Assembly (NCBI GenBank): GCA_964247055.1
Contig: OZ176053.1
Location: 9,796,001-9,860,000 of the forward strand
Length of the DNA stretch: 64,000 bases
Direction: 5' to 3'
Source of the DNA: Paragordius varius
Lineage: Eukaryota; Animalia; Nematomorpha
Both the position numbers and the translations under genes were made by a program. This document shows positions 23,801 through 37,600 of this stretch, piece by piece. The notes under the pieces are model-generated. The model searched no databases, was not told the origin of the DNA, and saw only the letters and a program-made list of their open reading frames with translations. Numbering within the stretch: position 1 is the stretch's first letter; the number at the start of each line of letters is the position of its first letter.

Positions 23801-26596
23801 TAATGATTATATTTTTTCGATATTTGGATTTGATTGGGTCTACCGGTTTTCCCTTACCAGATCACAAAGCCAGCATTTTCCATTTTTATAAATATATAGA
23901 TGAGGATAAATAATGTATTAATATCCATATATCTTTTAACATGCTATGCATATGATAGATACTCCTTACTCAGCATCTATCATCAAAGAAACGCTTGACT
24001 AAAATTTTTGCCTTTTAACAGGCAATACGAAAAATCTTTCTCGAATTTTTACAGTCTCATACCGTGGACAAAAAAATACAATCAAAAAAATATTTTTGTG
24101 GACTTTGTTTTTTTTTGAAAAAAATGGCATTTTACGGGGGTAGCGGGTAAAAAGAGGGCCTAAATCAAAAAAGTGACTCGACTATGTTCAGCGCGATCAA
24201 AAATAAGTAAACAAAATTCATATTTGAAATTGAATGGTCCAACACGTTCTCCAAAAAATTGACTTAACCCATTTTTCACACGGGGTGGGCCCGAACTGGG
24301 GACCTAATTCCAAAAAAGGGCGAAGCTATTGTCGGGGCATTCATTAATGATTATATTTTTTTGATATTTGGATTTGATTGGGATCACCGGTTTTCCGGAA
24401 ACAGTTCACAAAGTTATATGAAAAATCAGTTTTTAGCGGGTAGCTCCTTACCCAGCAGCTATCATCAAAAAAACGGTGGACTAAAATTTTTGCCTTTTAA
24501 CAGGGAATACGTGGAATCTTTATTGAATTTTTACGGTCTCATACCTAGGGCGAAAAATCGATTTAGAAAATTATTTTTGTGGACTTTGTTTTTTGAAAAA
24601 AATGGCATTTTACGGGGGGAGCGGGTAAAAAGAGGGCCTAAATCAAAAAAGTGGCTCGACTATGTTCGGCGCAATCGAAAATAAGTAGACAAAAATTATA
24701 TTTGAAATTGAATGGTCCAACACGTTCTCCGGAAAATTGTCTCAAAAACACGATTTCGTGGACTTCTGTTTTCAAAAAAAACCCGTTTTTCATACGGGGT
24801 GGGCCCGAACTGGGGGCCTATTTCAAAAAAAGGGCGAAGCTATTGTCGGGACATTTATTAATGATTATATTTTTTCGATATTTGGATTTGATTGGGTCTA
24901 CCGGTTTTCCTGTACCAGATCACAAAGCCAGCATTTTCCATTTTTATAAATATATAGATGAGGATAAGTAATGTATTAATATCCATATATCTTTTAACAT
25001 GCTATGCATATGATAGATACTCCTTACTCAGCATCTATCATCAAAGAAACGCTTGACTAAAATTTTTGCCTTTTAACAGGCAATACGAAAAATCTTTCTC
25101 GAATTTTTACAGTCTCATACCGTGGACAAAAAAATACAATCAAAAAAATATTTTTGTGGACTTTGTTTTTTTTTGAAAAAAATGGCATTTTACGGGGGTA
25201 GCGGGTAAAAAGAGGGCCTAAATCAAAAAAGTGACTCGACTATGTTCAGCGCGATCAAAAATAAGTAAACAAAATTCATATTTGAAATTGAATGGTCCAA
25301 CACGTTCTCCGGAAAATTGTCTCAAAAACACGATTTCGTGGACTTCTGTTTTCAAAAAAAACCCGTTTTTCATACGGGGTGGGCCCGAACTGGGGGCCTA
25401 TTTCAAAAAAAGGGCGAAGCTATTGTCGGGACATTTATTAATGATTATATTTTTTCGATATTTGGATTTGATTGGGTCTACCGGTTTTCCCTTACCAGAT
25501 CACAAAGCCAGCATTTTCCATTTTTATAAATATATAGATGAGGATAAATAATGTATTAATATCCATATATCTTTTAACATGCTATGCATATGATAGATAC
25601 TCCTTACTCAGCATCTATCATCAAAGAAACGCTTGACTAAAATTTTTGCCTTTTAACAGGCAATACGAAAAATCTTTCTCGAATTTTTACAGTCTCATAC
25701 CGTGGACAAAAAAATACAATCAAAAAAATATTTTTGTGGACTTTGTTTTTTTTTGAAAAAAATGGCATTTTACGGGGGTAGCGGGTAAAAAGAGGGCCTA
25801 AATCAAAAAAGTGACTCGACTATGTTCAGCGCGATCAAAAATAAGTAAACAAAATTCATATTTGAAATTGAATGGTCCAACACGTTCTCCAAAAAATTGA
25901 CTTAACCCATTTTTCACACGGGGTGGGCCCGAACTGGGGACCTAATTCCAAAAAAGGGCGAAGCTATTGTCGGGGCATTCATTAATGATTATATTTTTTT
26001 GATATTTGGATTTGATTGGGATCACCGGTTTTCCGGAAACAGTTCACAAAGTTATATGAAAAATCAGTTTTTAGCGGGTAGCTCCTTACCCAGCAGCTAT
26101 CATCAAAAAAACGGTGGACTAAAATTTTTGCCTTTTAACAGGGAATACGTGGAATCTTTATTGAATTTTTACGGTCTCATACCTAGGGCGAAAAATCGAT
26201 TTAGAAAATTATTTTTGTGGACTTTGTTTTTTGAAAAAAATGGCATTTTACGGGGGGAGCGGGTAAAAAGAGGGCCTAAATCAAAAAAGTGGCTCGACTA
26301 TGTTCGGCGCAATCGAAAATAAGTAGACAAAAATTATATTTGAAATTGAATGGTCCAACACGTTCTCCGGAAAATTGTCTCAAAAACACGATTTCGTGGA
26401 CTTCTGTTTTCAAAAAAAACCCGTTTTTCATACGGGGTGGGCCCGAACTGGGGGCCTATTTCAAAAAAAGGGCGAAGCTATTGTCGGGACATTTATTAAT
26501 GATTATATTTTTTCGATATTTGGATTTGATTGGGTCTACCGGTTTTCCCTTACCAGATCACAAAGCCAGCATTTTCCATTTTTATAAATATATAGA
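14807..26596 (-). mobile_element. Non-autonomous Helitron with 11.8 kb internal array (twelve 5'-end motifs, one 3' end)
   Basis: CTAG|T at 14807 with the same twin hairpin and 16 G on plus; A|TCTATATATTTATAAAAATGG at 26596. Internal 5' motifs at 15914, 16494, 17552, 18610, 19668, 20726, 21784, 22842, 23900, 24958 and 25538. Confidence 0.88.
14875..26596. repeat. Higher-order tandem repeat: 1058 bp unit = 580 bp + 478 bp homologous subunits
   Basis: The ORF track shows identical ORFs every 1058 bp (16955, 18013 ... 24361). The anchor ggcattttacggggg recurs at 15560, 16140, 16720, 17198 and 17778. There are twelve 580-type and ten complete 478-type subunits, nearly identical. Confidence 0.97.
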
Positions 26597-29500
26597 TTCC
26601 CGATTTCGGGGAAAATATTAGAATATTGGGTTTTATTTATTAGTTTCTCAAATGGGCGTCTAGTCTAACTTGTGCCAGATTTATTTAAATAAGGATATTC
26701 TTATATAAGTTATTGAGTTTACACCTAAAGTGACATAAATATTGGTTTTTCAAAATGCTGTTTGTTTAGTTTTAGACAAATTCTATGATATGATTGAAAG
26801 CCCATTGAATATTTATTTTGTTGCTTGGAAACTTTTTCATCATATAAAATTATATTTAAACTTAACTTTTAAATCTTGAATGTTCCGATTTTAGTAATAT
26901 CTTTACCAAGTTTTTTTTATCGAAGATAATGCTATACTATTTATACAATAAATAGCAACACATATTAAACAATTTGTAGTTAATTTATTCACTCTGCACC
27001 ACTTCTCATAATTAATAATAATATGGTTGAGTTAAAATGAAAAATGTTGAAAAAAATTATAACTTTATATAAAAAATTATCCGTCAATTTAGGCATCCAA
27101 TAATCCCCCTTATTCAACTTTCATACTCTGCTTTTATTTTTTAATTTATATTTACTCTTCCCAATGATTGATTGATGATGATTTTTCATAATTCACTTTT
27201 TGTTTTAATATAGTGAATGGCTCCTTGCATAGGTATGTTTGTTTGTTTTGTATATAGTTAATTAATTAATATTACAATATTGACTTTTAAATGTTGACTC
27301 TATAATTAAATAAAGTTGAAAAATTACCTAATTTTTAGGTTTTTTTTTCCAAAACATACATAAATCATGTGATCTTACCAAATTAATTTCGAGGGTTTAG
27401 TTAAATGTCCGAGACTGTGACCGATTATAATAACCGGCCAAAAAAACTCGCATAAAAGTTTTTTTAGTGATAATAAAACTTTAAGCTAATGAAAATGATA
27501 GAAATATTTTTATTAATTAACTAACAATTTTGAGCTCTAATTTGTTTTTGCAGCGCAACATTTTTCAACAGGTGTTTAACCCAACAACCCTGGCTTTAAA
27601 TTTTTATAATATATTTTTTAATATTTTTCAAGTTTTCGCAGATTGGCTTCTTTCGCTAAAAAACCTTATTTTTTATCTAAATATATAATTTTTTTGTATT
27701 TTATGGTGATAGTAATTGATATCTATTGATTGTGCTGGCTGAGTAAATAATATATTGTCATCTAGTTAATAAAAAAATAACCACATGTTTATCAAAATTA
27801 TTTTTATTGTACATTGTATAATAAGGATGTAATTATTAATTAAATTATATTTTAATATAACAATGGATATTGTTAAATAATGAAGAACACATATTAAAAG
27901 TTATATTTATATTTAACAATATGATGACATCTATATTGTTAGGACTCGTGTCAAGTGTTATATAAGTAAAAAATTCCCTCCTCAAAATTTAATATTTATT
28001 TCTTTTATAAATTTTATTTTAATTTTTTTTCTTTTTTATTGGCTCTATTATGACACGATACATCTTTGCACCATAGCAATCAATAGTTTTAATTAAAAAT
28101 TTGGAATACAAAATAATTTTTAGCTCAAAATCGGATGGTTTTTATATCCATTCTTTTAACCTTTATAATAACCATTATTTAAAATCAAAAAATCATTAGT
28201 TACTTCTATAAAGTATCTTTCTATTAGAGATCGTCCTATCCTTTACACATACAATAAATATTACTGTCATCACAGCCTTTTTTTATTGTAATCATTTTTA
28301 GATTGGAAAAAAGCGCCCAACTTACTCATCATAAAAACACCATAATTATTTATTTTATTGCAAAACTTTTATTTTTTACAATCTCGAATCGAAATAATTT
28401 ATTTGAATAATATATGTTGGAAAGTATTGTATTATAATTTGGCGGCATATTGCTTCATTTTATTCTTCTGTGCCGAGAAATTATTGCTATTAACAATTAT
28501 ATTTTCTCTATTATCCATCGTATAATTATGGTTTATTTTATTGTTATCTTACACTCATTGTGCTCTTTATATTAGCAAATAGTATATTCTAAAAAGTTCT
28601 AAAAGAAGAAGGAAAAAAAGCATTCATCCAGGTATCAAATTTCATCTTGAGATTTTTATCATTTTAATTTATATTCCACTTTGAGTTGTTGAAATTAAAT
28701 CAAATAAACTAATTTTTTTTCCGGTTAAATCAATTTGATTCGATTCGATTGACAATCAAGTCTCCTATAAATGCTTTATTAAGTTTGTTATAAATGTGAT
28801 CAGTTAATAGATAATTACTTATTTTTAGGATGGTTAGGTTTAACTAGGATACCTTGAGCGTAACTATTACCAACTTCAAAATTTTGAACTTTATCTCGTC
28901 TACTGAATAACTATTGTAGTATAATTTTTGTCCTAATAATGAATATTTTTGATCAAAATATAATCGTAATCTTAATTTTATATAGAAAATATAGTAAATA
29001 TAGCTAAGTTTGTTTTCTAAAAACAACTTAAGTTTTACCGTGAAGGAATGTCTTTATCAGCCGGTCAAATCTTTATTTTTTTCAAAAATTTAATTGTCAA
29101 CAGATTTTATTTATACTTTAAATAATCAAAATTTATTTCATACTAAATTCATTCCCTAGAAATTTTAAAGCTAAGTGCCGATTTAAACGTTTACCTAAAT
29201 TTGACAAATTAAATGTATCAAACATCTTGAAAAAAAAACGATAATATAGCATATAATTTAAAAGAAACTGGTACAATATTGAGACTGTGGTTAGCAAATA
29301 CCAAATTCAATACCGTTGGATTTTTAATATTCACACCAGAATGTTATATTTTTAATTACCAAGCACACTACTTTTGCAAGCCAGCTAGTGGTCTTATTTT
29401 GATTTTTTGATTTTATTTTTTAATTGCTACTAGAAAGTTATTAATTATTAGAAAATATCATATGCAACAAAGGGAAGTATTATTGGCTTATAGTATTTTT

Positions 29501-31600
29501 TTTACTTTTTAACCTTATTAGTCAATAATAATTCTCTTTGACGCATATGATTTTTGGTAATAATTAATAACTTCTAGCAATATATACTTACTCATACTGT
29601 ATATTGGTATTTATTACATTAAACGATCCTCCTTTAATCGTTTAAGATATTTCATCTATTATCAAAAATATTGACCCATATAATTTAACATCATTTTCAA
29701 CGGATTCGGGGCGCTTATAATTTTTTAATTAACTTGATATAATCATATTTTTATATATCGTTTTTTAAATTATGATTTTGATGAAATGAATTAAATATAA
29801 ATATTAAAATTATAAAATTTGTCAAATAAAATAGCTCGCTTACAGTTTCAATTGCGATCAAATAAGCTAGTATACAAAATATGTAAAAAAATTAAATTTA
29901 AATAAAAAAACATTTTTCTATATTCTTGTTTTCAAAAAAAATTCAATTTACAAGATGTTTGTATAATAGCTATTTAATTTAAATTTTGATTTTGCATAAA
30001 CAATTGACAAAAGAAAATTGTGAAAGAGAACCAAATTTTTTTTTGCTTAAAAGTTCTCTTTTAACAATTGGTTTTATATTCATACTATTATCAATTCAAT
30101 TATTTTTTTACTTAAGGTTAAGTAGCGATATATGAAACAGATATAACTGTATATGCAAATTTTCACTTAGGAATTATTGAAATTAATTATTATTAAATTT
30201 AATTAATTTTTGCTGAGAAATTAAAACATACCAGCAATTTTTGTAAATTTAAAAGGTTGTGATTTTATTTTATGTTTCTAAAAGAAAGGAATTGTAAATG
30301 ATATATATGGATATAGGAATAAAGCTAAATGCGTGTATAAAGTTAATTTTTTTTGTAATTTTTTACAAGAAATACAGGTTACATTTTTAAGTAATTACAA
30401 TTTATGAATATATATATATCTCTCTTTCAAAATTTTGACTATCACTCACTATCTTTTCTTTTTCGGAAAATTGGTATGTTTGAATGAATATCATAAAATA
30501 TTCTTTTGATGTTTAATTTATTGTTTCATTTGTCTTAAAGACAACATTTATGTTATCTGCGGTTTTTTATGTGCGTTCAAATTTCTTACCTTTTTACTTA
30601 CTTACTTTTACTAAATGATGAGAAATTGTAATTAATATTTTAACCATTAAATAATTTTTGTCTTTGGATTTTATGTCTATTTGTGTGTGTGTCATTTCAT
30701 TTTTTCCTTGCTATCTTATTTGGTTTTAATGTCATTTTTTAAAATGCCATTTTGAATTGGATAGATTCCTGACATATAATTAACCCCAACAAGGTATTTT
30801 ACAAATAAAATTAATATAAACTTAACTTTTTTTATACAGTTTTGAGCTCAGCCATACACAACTTTTGGAGTGAACACTACCGTGCTTTAATATTTGTAGT
30901 TTATCCGTCACGATAGTAACAAACATTTTTGCATTTTTGAATTTGGGAACCTTTCTTTATTATGATAATTAATCATTTTCTGTGATCTCTCAAATAATTT
31001 GTATATTACCCAAAAATTTGTATTAATATATCATCTTTATGAGAGTTTTTCTCCCATATATCTAAATCTTTAAGGTTTATTTGAAGGATAGATATATATC
31101 CCAGGTTTTTATTTTCCTCCATAATTCATATGTATGAACTTTAGCTGTGTATGCAGACTTTTTACGCACAACTTTTTTTGGGTTTTAAAGCAAAATCTTC
31201 CAAAAAAATATATTTTATGTGAGCATTTTATTATCCCTTAAATACTGGGTGCACTACTAATATAGTTTTTTCATATTAATTTTATTGCGAATTTTAATGG
31301 TTAATATTAACAACCATCCACTAAAATTCCAAAACTTTTTAACACATAAACTTTTAAAATGTTAGCATTTAATATTCTACGATTTTTTTCACTAGCAACC
31401 TTTTAGTACCTTAGCTTAAAAAACGCATATAAATTTGGGCGTTTTCAATTGTTTTTGCACATGTTTGAGAACGAACTTTAGCTTTGTTCAGCATATTTGC
31501 ATAAATTCCTAAGCAATTAAATTTGCAATAAACAGTGGAAACCCAATCAACCTTAAAAACTTTTTTAAACTTTTAAATATATTTTATTTTATATCCACAG

Positions 31601-34600
31601 AGCTGTCATTTCCAAGATTCGCCTAACCTTTCTTCACATCTGCAAAGGAAACAAAAACATTTACGCCAAAACACATCTTGTCCAAACATTATTGAAGAAG
31701 ATTTTGATGATGGGAATGCCAATAATACAGATAATAATGTTAAAAACAGCAATTTACTAAATTTCATTAATGATTTTGCCCTACATCATCAGGATGTTGG
31801 ATTTTACGAAAAAAATGAAGCAAATTCGTTTATCATTCCTACCACTAAATCATTACAAACAAACAATAACTTTGATGATGAAAAACAAAGCGATAACAAT
31901 CCATCATCGTCCTCCAAAGAAGCATTTGTCAACACTGGGAAAAGATTGATTTCAAGTACGCTCATGAAGTTTTTACGCGGTTCACATATGTGCGCGGCAC
32001 CGCCCTCCTTAACATCAGACCAACGAAACCCTAGTAGTAAAAAAAGGGGTTCTTCTACCACCGCTACTAAAAAAGCAATATCTAATCCAGTTACACCTCA
32101 AGATACTGTCACAGATACTGAAGGAGGAACAAAAACGTATGACATTTACTAATATATTCAAAGCCTTTTGTGAATAAGCTTAAAATTGAATAACTTGAAA
32201 CATTTTTCTAGGACGGTTTGTCATATTAAACTTAAACGGTAATTGGAATTATAAAAACTTTATATTTGAACATCCAGTGTAATTAATTTAAAATCGTTAA
32301 TTAATTATTATTATAAAAGAATTTGATGGAAATAAATTTTACGTTTAAATTGCCATATAACTCAAATATTATCGGCTAACTTCACTATATTTTAACACAC
32401 TCCATTACGTATATCAATTAAATAAAAATGCGTTTAGGTCAAATTTAAATATTTTTAGAGTACAAAATATTTACCTAATTATACAAGTTCAATAATTTAT
32501 TTGTTTTTGATATGGGAGTTTTATGATACCGCATATACAACATTAGTACTAAAAGCATTTTGTTTTTTCAAGAGTCGTTTGCTATTGTCATAAACTCTAT
32601 ATCATAAAATTAAAATTGCGCTACAAAATCCATTATAAAATTTCAAAAATTGAAATATACATTTTAAAATAGCCAACTATCTAGCTAGACATAACATTGT
32701 ATCATCCATTAAGTTAATTGGGAATTCGCACAAATTATAATTGGCTGGTAAAAGCTATCAATTGAGTAATTTAAAAAATATATATGCCAGTGCCACACTC
32801 TAAAACTCTCTCTATCAAGGTCTCTAACGTCGCATTATTCTCTTTTTTGTGTAATGCAAAATGGATAAAACTCTGTAAGTTAAGCCTTTTTATTTTAGCT
32901 AAAATGTTTTATATATATGAATTGCGAATGAAATGATTGGAAAATAGCTATGAGACATAATTTATTCATTAATTTTATTCAGATAATGAATGCTACGCTT
33001 TTTACCAAAATATTAAACGTTTTTATTGTACAATTATTCTTTTTTCTGGTGGGATTAATTTTAAAATCAGTTTTTTACCCTAGTTTTTAGATTTATAAAA
33101 AAATGAACATTAGTCGCGCAAAAATTCGGTTAAAAAGCTGGTTTCTTTGAGATAAAATGATAACTATAATTTTAAAGAAGGTCAATTAAAATTTTGTTTT
33201 AACCAAAAATTATATTTTTTAGCTCAAAACTTGTATTTGGCCAAAAATTCAAATTTTACATAGGAATAAGGGATTATGTGAGAATAATATAAAATAAATT
33301 TATGCTATTTCATTTGCAACAACGATTCCTTAATTAATACGGATATCTGTAGGATTATGTGTGCCACACTCCTCAATGGAATATTTATAATATTTTAGGC
33401 AGCAGATTGATTGGACACGTGCATATATAATGAGATTAATAATCCCTTTTTATCCTGTGATGTTTTTTGAAAGTTTCTAAAATATTTATTTCTGACACAC
33501 TATAGAGGCGTATTTTGATTTAAACCATTTATGCACATATACTGGCATATTTTCACGGTAAAAATATAAATATGATATATCGATTAAATATTTATATCAT
33601 CATTATTCGACGATTGTAGTATTCCAAATATTTTTGATTTATAATTTTAATTACCGTTTTTTATGGTTTTTAGAAATATCATTAAATGTAAGGCAAATGG
33701 GGAGATCCCCAACCAAAAACAAATATCCATGAATGGATTTGCTAATCCTATTCCTAACGGACATTTACCCTACGAATACTTAAACATATCAACGGCGCCG
33801 AGAATTTTGCGGGAAAATTGGCTTTTCTTTTTGGTAAGTTACAACAGCAGTTTAGATTATTATTTTTTTAAAAAACTAGTTTTGACTTAACCTATAATTC
33901 GTTTGTTGTGATACCAATGTGCATCTCTATTTTTTATTTAGCCAATTAAAACGATAGGGATATTGTGAAATCATTTAATGTTCTTTAAAAATAGTCTTTT
34001 ACTTTTTATGTTGGGTCTTTTTAATTTAATTTAATGCTGTATCATGAAATTGGACGGCTTTTGATTTTATTGTTATTAATCGAACCTTAATCACGATATT
34101 AATCTAATATGGACATATATCATGCTCATTATTTTTTTAATTTATCCAATATATTTGCGTTTAGGAAAAAGTTCCAATCATTCACTGGGTCAAAAAATGG
34201 GTTATCCTGGATGAAGTCTCGTTGCTCATATTCCCTAGTAATATAAATTATAAAAATATCAGCATAAAATTAAATATAAGTTAATTTTGAATTTATAAAT
34301 AATCTTTTGACAGCACGTCCCACCAACACAGCTAACAAATCGGTTACTCCGAATAGCGTTCATGATATATCATACATTGATGAATCAAATATACCCAAAC
34401 TCCTTTCATTCATAAATACCAGTGATGATGATGAAGGGCAAGACAATGCTATGCGAACTTTTTCCCTAAAAATCCCGGCACCCCTTGGCAATTTGCAAAA
34501 TGTGATTGGAAACTACACGCCTCCCTTCCAAGAGCATAATGACACGACGACTAAATATGATTCTTTCCCTCAGGAAAAAGGTAGCCAAAGAAAAGACTGC

Positions 34601-37600
34601 AAGACGTCCGTGGGGGAGAATGGCACACAAAAAAATAGTACCTTAATGTACTCTTTTGCCTTAGAAATTGAGACAACTACCACCATGGTAACAACATTGA
34701 ATCCTGACGTTGTTAATTGCAATGGACAGGAGATGAATAATCATCCAGTTCCCTTATGCAATAGTATGTTTATTAACCTATGAAATGTTTTCTATAAAAA
34801 CAATTAAAACTAAAATTTTGGCAACAATATTTTTTAATTTATGTAACATTTATGTTTGCATTCAGGTACACCCAACGCTAAAAATAATCCTATCAATCAT
34901 CTCACTAATAACAATAGTGATCAGAATCAAAAATCTATGCGGAGAAAACGTAAAAAACTGGAATACCTCACTATGGCCACTATGAATGGCGCTGAACGTG
35001 ATGAATGGGTCAAAACTTTCAGCTGGATCATAAGTCATCACAGAACTTTGGCGCTAAAAGCTAGACAGAAACAGACATTTGCAAAGTATTTTATGATTCC
35101 TTTAATCGTTAATTAATTCAAACTATTTTATTTATATCTCCGAATTTATTATCAATATAAAATGCAGTATGAGAAAAAATAGATTGCTGGCTTTTCATAT
35201 AATTGTATAAAAGCAGGAAAAGCAAAAAAATGCATTTTTGTTTGTGGGCCAATTAGGTTTTTTCTTATTGTGAATTCTATCTGATCTAAAACACCTTTTG
35301 GTTTAAATCCATTCTCACCCATCATAACCATTTGAAATTGTACGGACAAAACGTAGAAATTAAAAGATAAATATTTTTAATTTTTTTCGTAAACCATATT
35401 ATTATAATTTTGAAATATATAATTGAGTGTGATGTCAATTAACGAGTAAATATAATCAAAATATTGAATTTTTCTGTAATATCTATCTTATATTTTGGTC
35501 AGGAATTTGACGCAACCCACTTTAAATTACAATGGTCAACAACTGAATAACGAACCCAATGTTAATGGTTTACATTCAACCAATAATTTAAATAATGGTA
35601 ACAATAACCCTATTCAGAGTGTGTCACCAATTGAACTATCGTCACGTTTTAGAGAAAGATGCAAAACAGAAATATCAATCAAACGAAACTCTGTCCTACA
35701 AAGCCAACAACACAATGTAGATAATAATGATGCTAATAACAATCAAAATATAACAGATTATTTAACACTTAAACGGGAAAATTGTCGCCAACGGGATTCG
35801 CAATCATCACCTCTCAAAGAGGATTTGGTAATATATCATCATGATTTGATTTACTTAATTAATAGGCTATAAAAAAACCTACAAAACTAATATTATTTTA
35901 TGAAATAACCTTTGTGGTTCCAATTTTTATTTCTAAATGTCTAGAGTTTAATATATTTATTTATATTTTAAGAAAAAGACAGGTTAAAATAAATTTTAGC
36001 CAATTACATCGGCTAATATATTATTATATATAAACAAATATGTATACATATACGTAGATATTAATTCTTATCCGTAATCGACGGGAGTTAAGCAAACTCA
36101 AACAAGAATTATCTGACATTGTTCAAGCGCAATCATCCCTGCAGTATACTAACTCTAATTCACTATCATCTCAAAACACGTCATCATCTACGTTGCAGAA
36201 TGAATTGAAACGTTTAAGGTAACAAATAATCTATTAATTATATTTCACATAATTAAATTTAGCGATATTTTATGTGTAGTATATTTATTTTTGACCATTC
36301 TTTATGCATCTGATCGTTTTAAATAACCAGTCGAAAATTTTCTAACAAAGGTTTAGTACAAAGATGGCCCATAAGTTAAATTTGAAAAAAAAATTATTAT
36401 TAATATAACATTTTAACTCTATTTAAACGGATGTCCAACACTCTTTTTTTCGGGACGCAAAAGTGCTTTAAAAATGTTAATTGGATTGTAATCAAAAATT
36501 TAAGATTATTTTGAAGATACACCATTTAAAATTGGGCTCAAAATAAATAAAAAAACCAATAATTGTCAAAGCAGGCGTGAACATTGTTACCTGGTTAAAA
36601 CTAATATCATTGGTTGATTTTGTTTTTCTAATTCGACAAGCACATTTTAGGTATTATTGACTGGTTATGACCGTGAATGACCTGATTTTTTTCCGACCGG
36701 TTATTTTGGTCCAAAGTTATGATTCAAATACTTTAAAATCAATCCCTTATCACATCATATATTAATTAGAAATTTGATGTACAAGTTACGTAAATAATAT
36801 AACCATTAAAATTTTATTAAACTCTCTCAATATTTTCCAATTAGTGAAAACAAACAAACCATTAGACAAAAGATCCAAAAATATGAGGCAGTTATAAGTA
36901 CTCTGGAGGGATTACTTAAACAAACTGATACATATTCTAATAATAAAAAAGAAAATACCACTTTTGTGACTACTCAAAATAATAATGTCAATATGAGCAC
37001 GAAATATCCACAATACAATCATCAATATCATTTATCTGATATCTCTCCTCACACAAATCAATCCGTAACCTATATTTTTTACTAATTTTTGCCCGTATAA
37101 AGCTTTTATTGTAGTGCAATTAAGTTATATATCCAATCTTCAAAATTTTACATATTGAAAAGTTTATTGTTATAAAAAATTTACATTTGAATATGTGGCA
37201 TATTATTGATAAAAATTTTTAGAATCAAAATGTTCATCGACAAACACTGCAAAATGATTCATCTAATAAAACTAACTCAATTGAACATAGCTATCAAATG
37301 TCATTACCTAATTATCGAGAACAAATTTTAATGCTTGATAAACTTGCCATGGATTATCAGGTTAAATAGTTTATATTTCAGCATTGGAGATTTGGAGAGG
37401 CGAGGGCATATTTTAATATTCATAATCTTTAGCAAAAAATATTTTTTATTTAAGCATTCCATTTACCTGGCTTTGTAAACGATCCCTGATGTATTTATTA
37501 TTAATACAACCTATTGATTTTTTGAATTATATTATAATTTGTCTGCCTAAGAATATCCCGATTACATACCTTCCACTCTAACTACAACAATTTTTTCATA

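Noticed and set aside
11154-26596. CRISPR array or rDNA spacer interpretation of the tandem array
   Set aside because: There are no unique spacers, cas genes or rRNA sequence. The context is eukaryotic and the termini are Helitron-type.
11942-26621. Repeated 64-110 aa ORFs (MIFGFDW..., MARLCSA..., MSQKHDF...), also at 52140-52582 and 58040-58928
   Set aside because: They are by-products of the repeat. They overlap in several frames, have no domain motifs, use non-ATG starts and are broken in variant copies.
27900-30800. Candidate upstream exons of the PH-domain gene (e.g. ending 28631 or 30793)
   Set aside because: In-frame stops precede the donors. They could be UTR exons, but no coding support was found.
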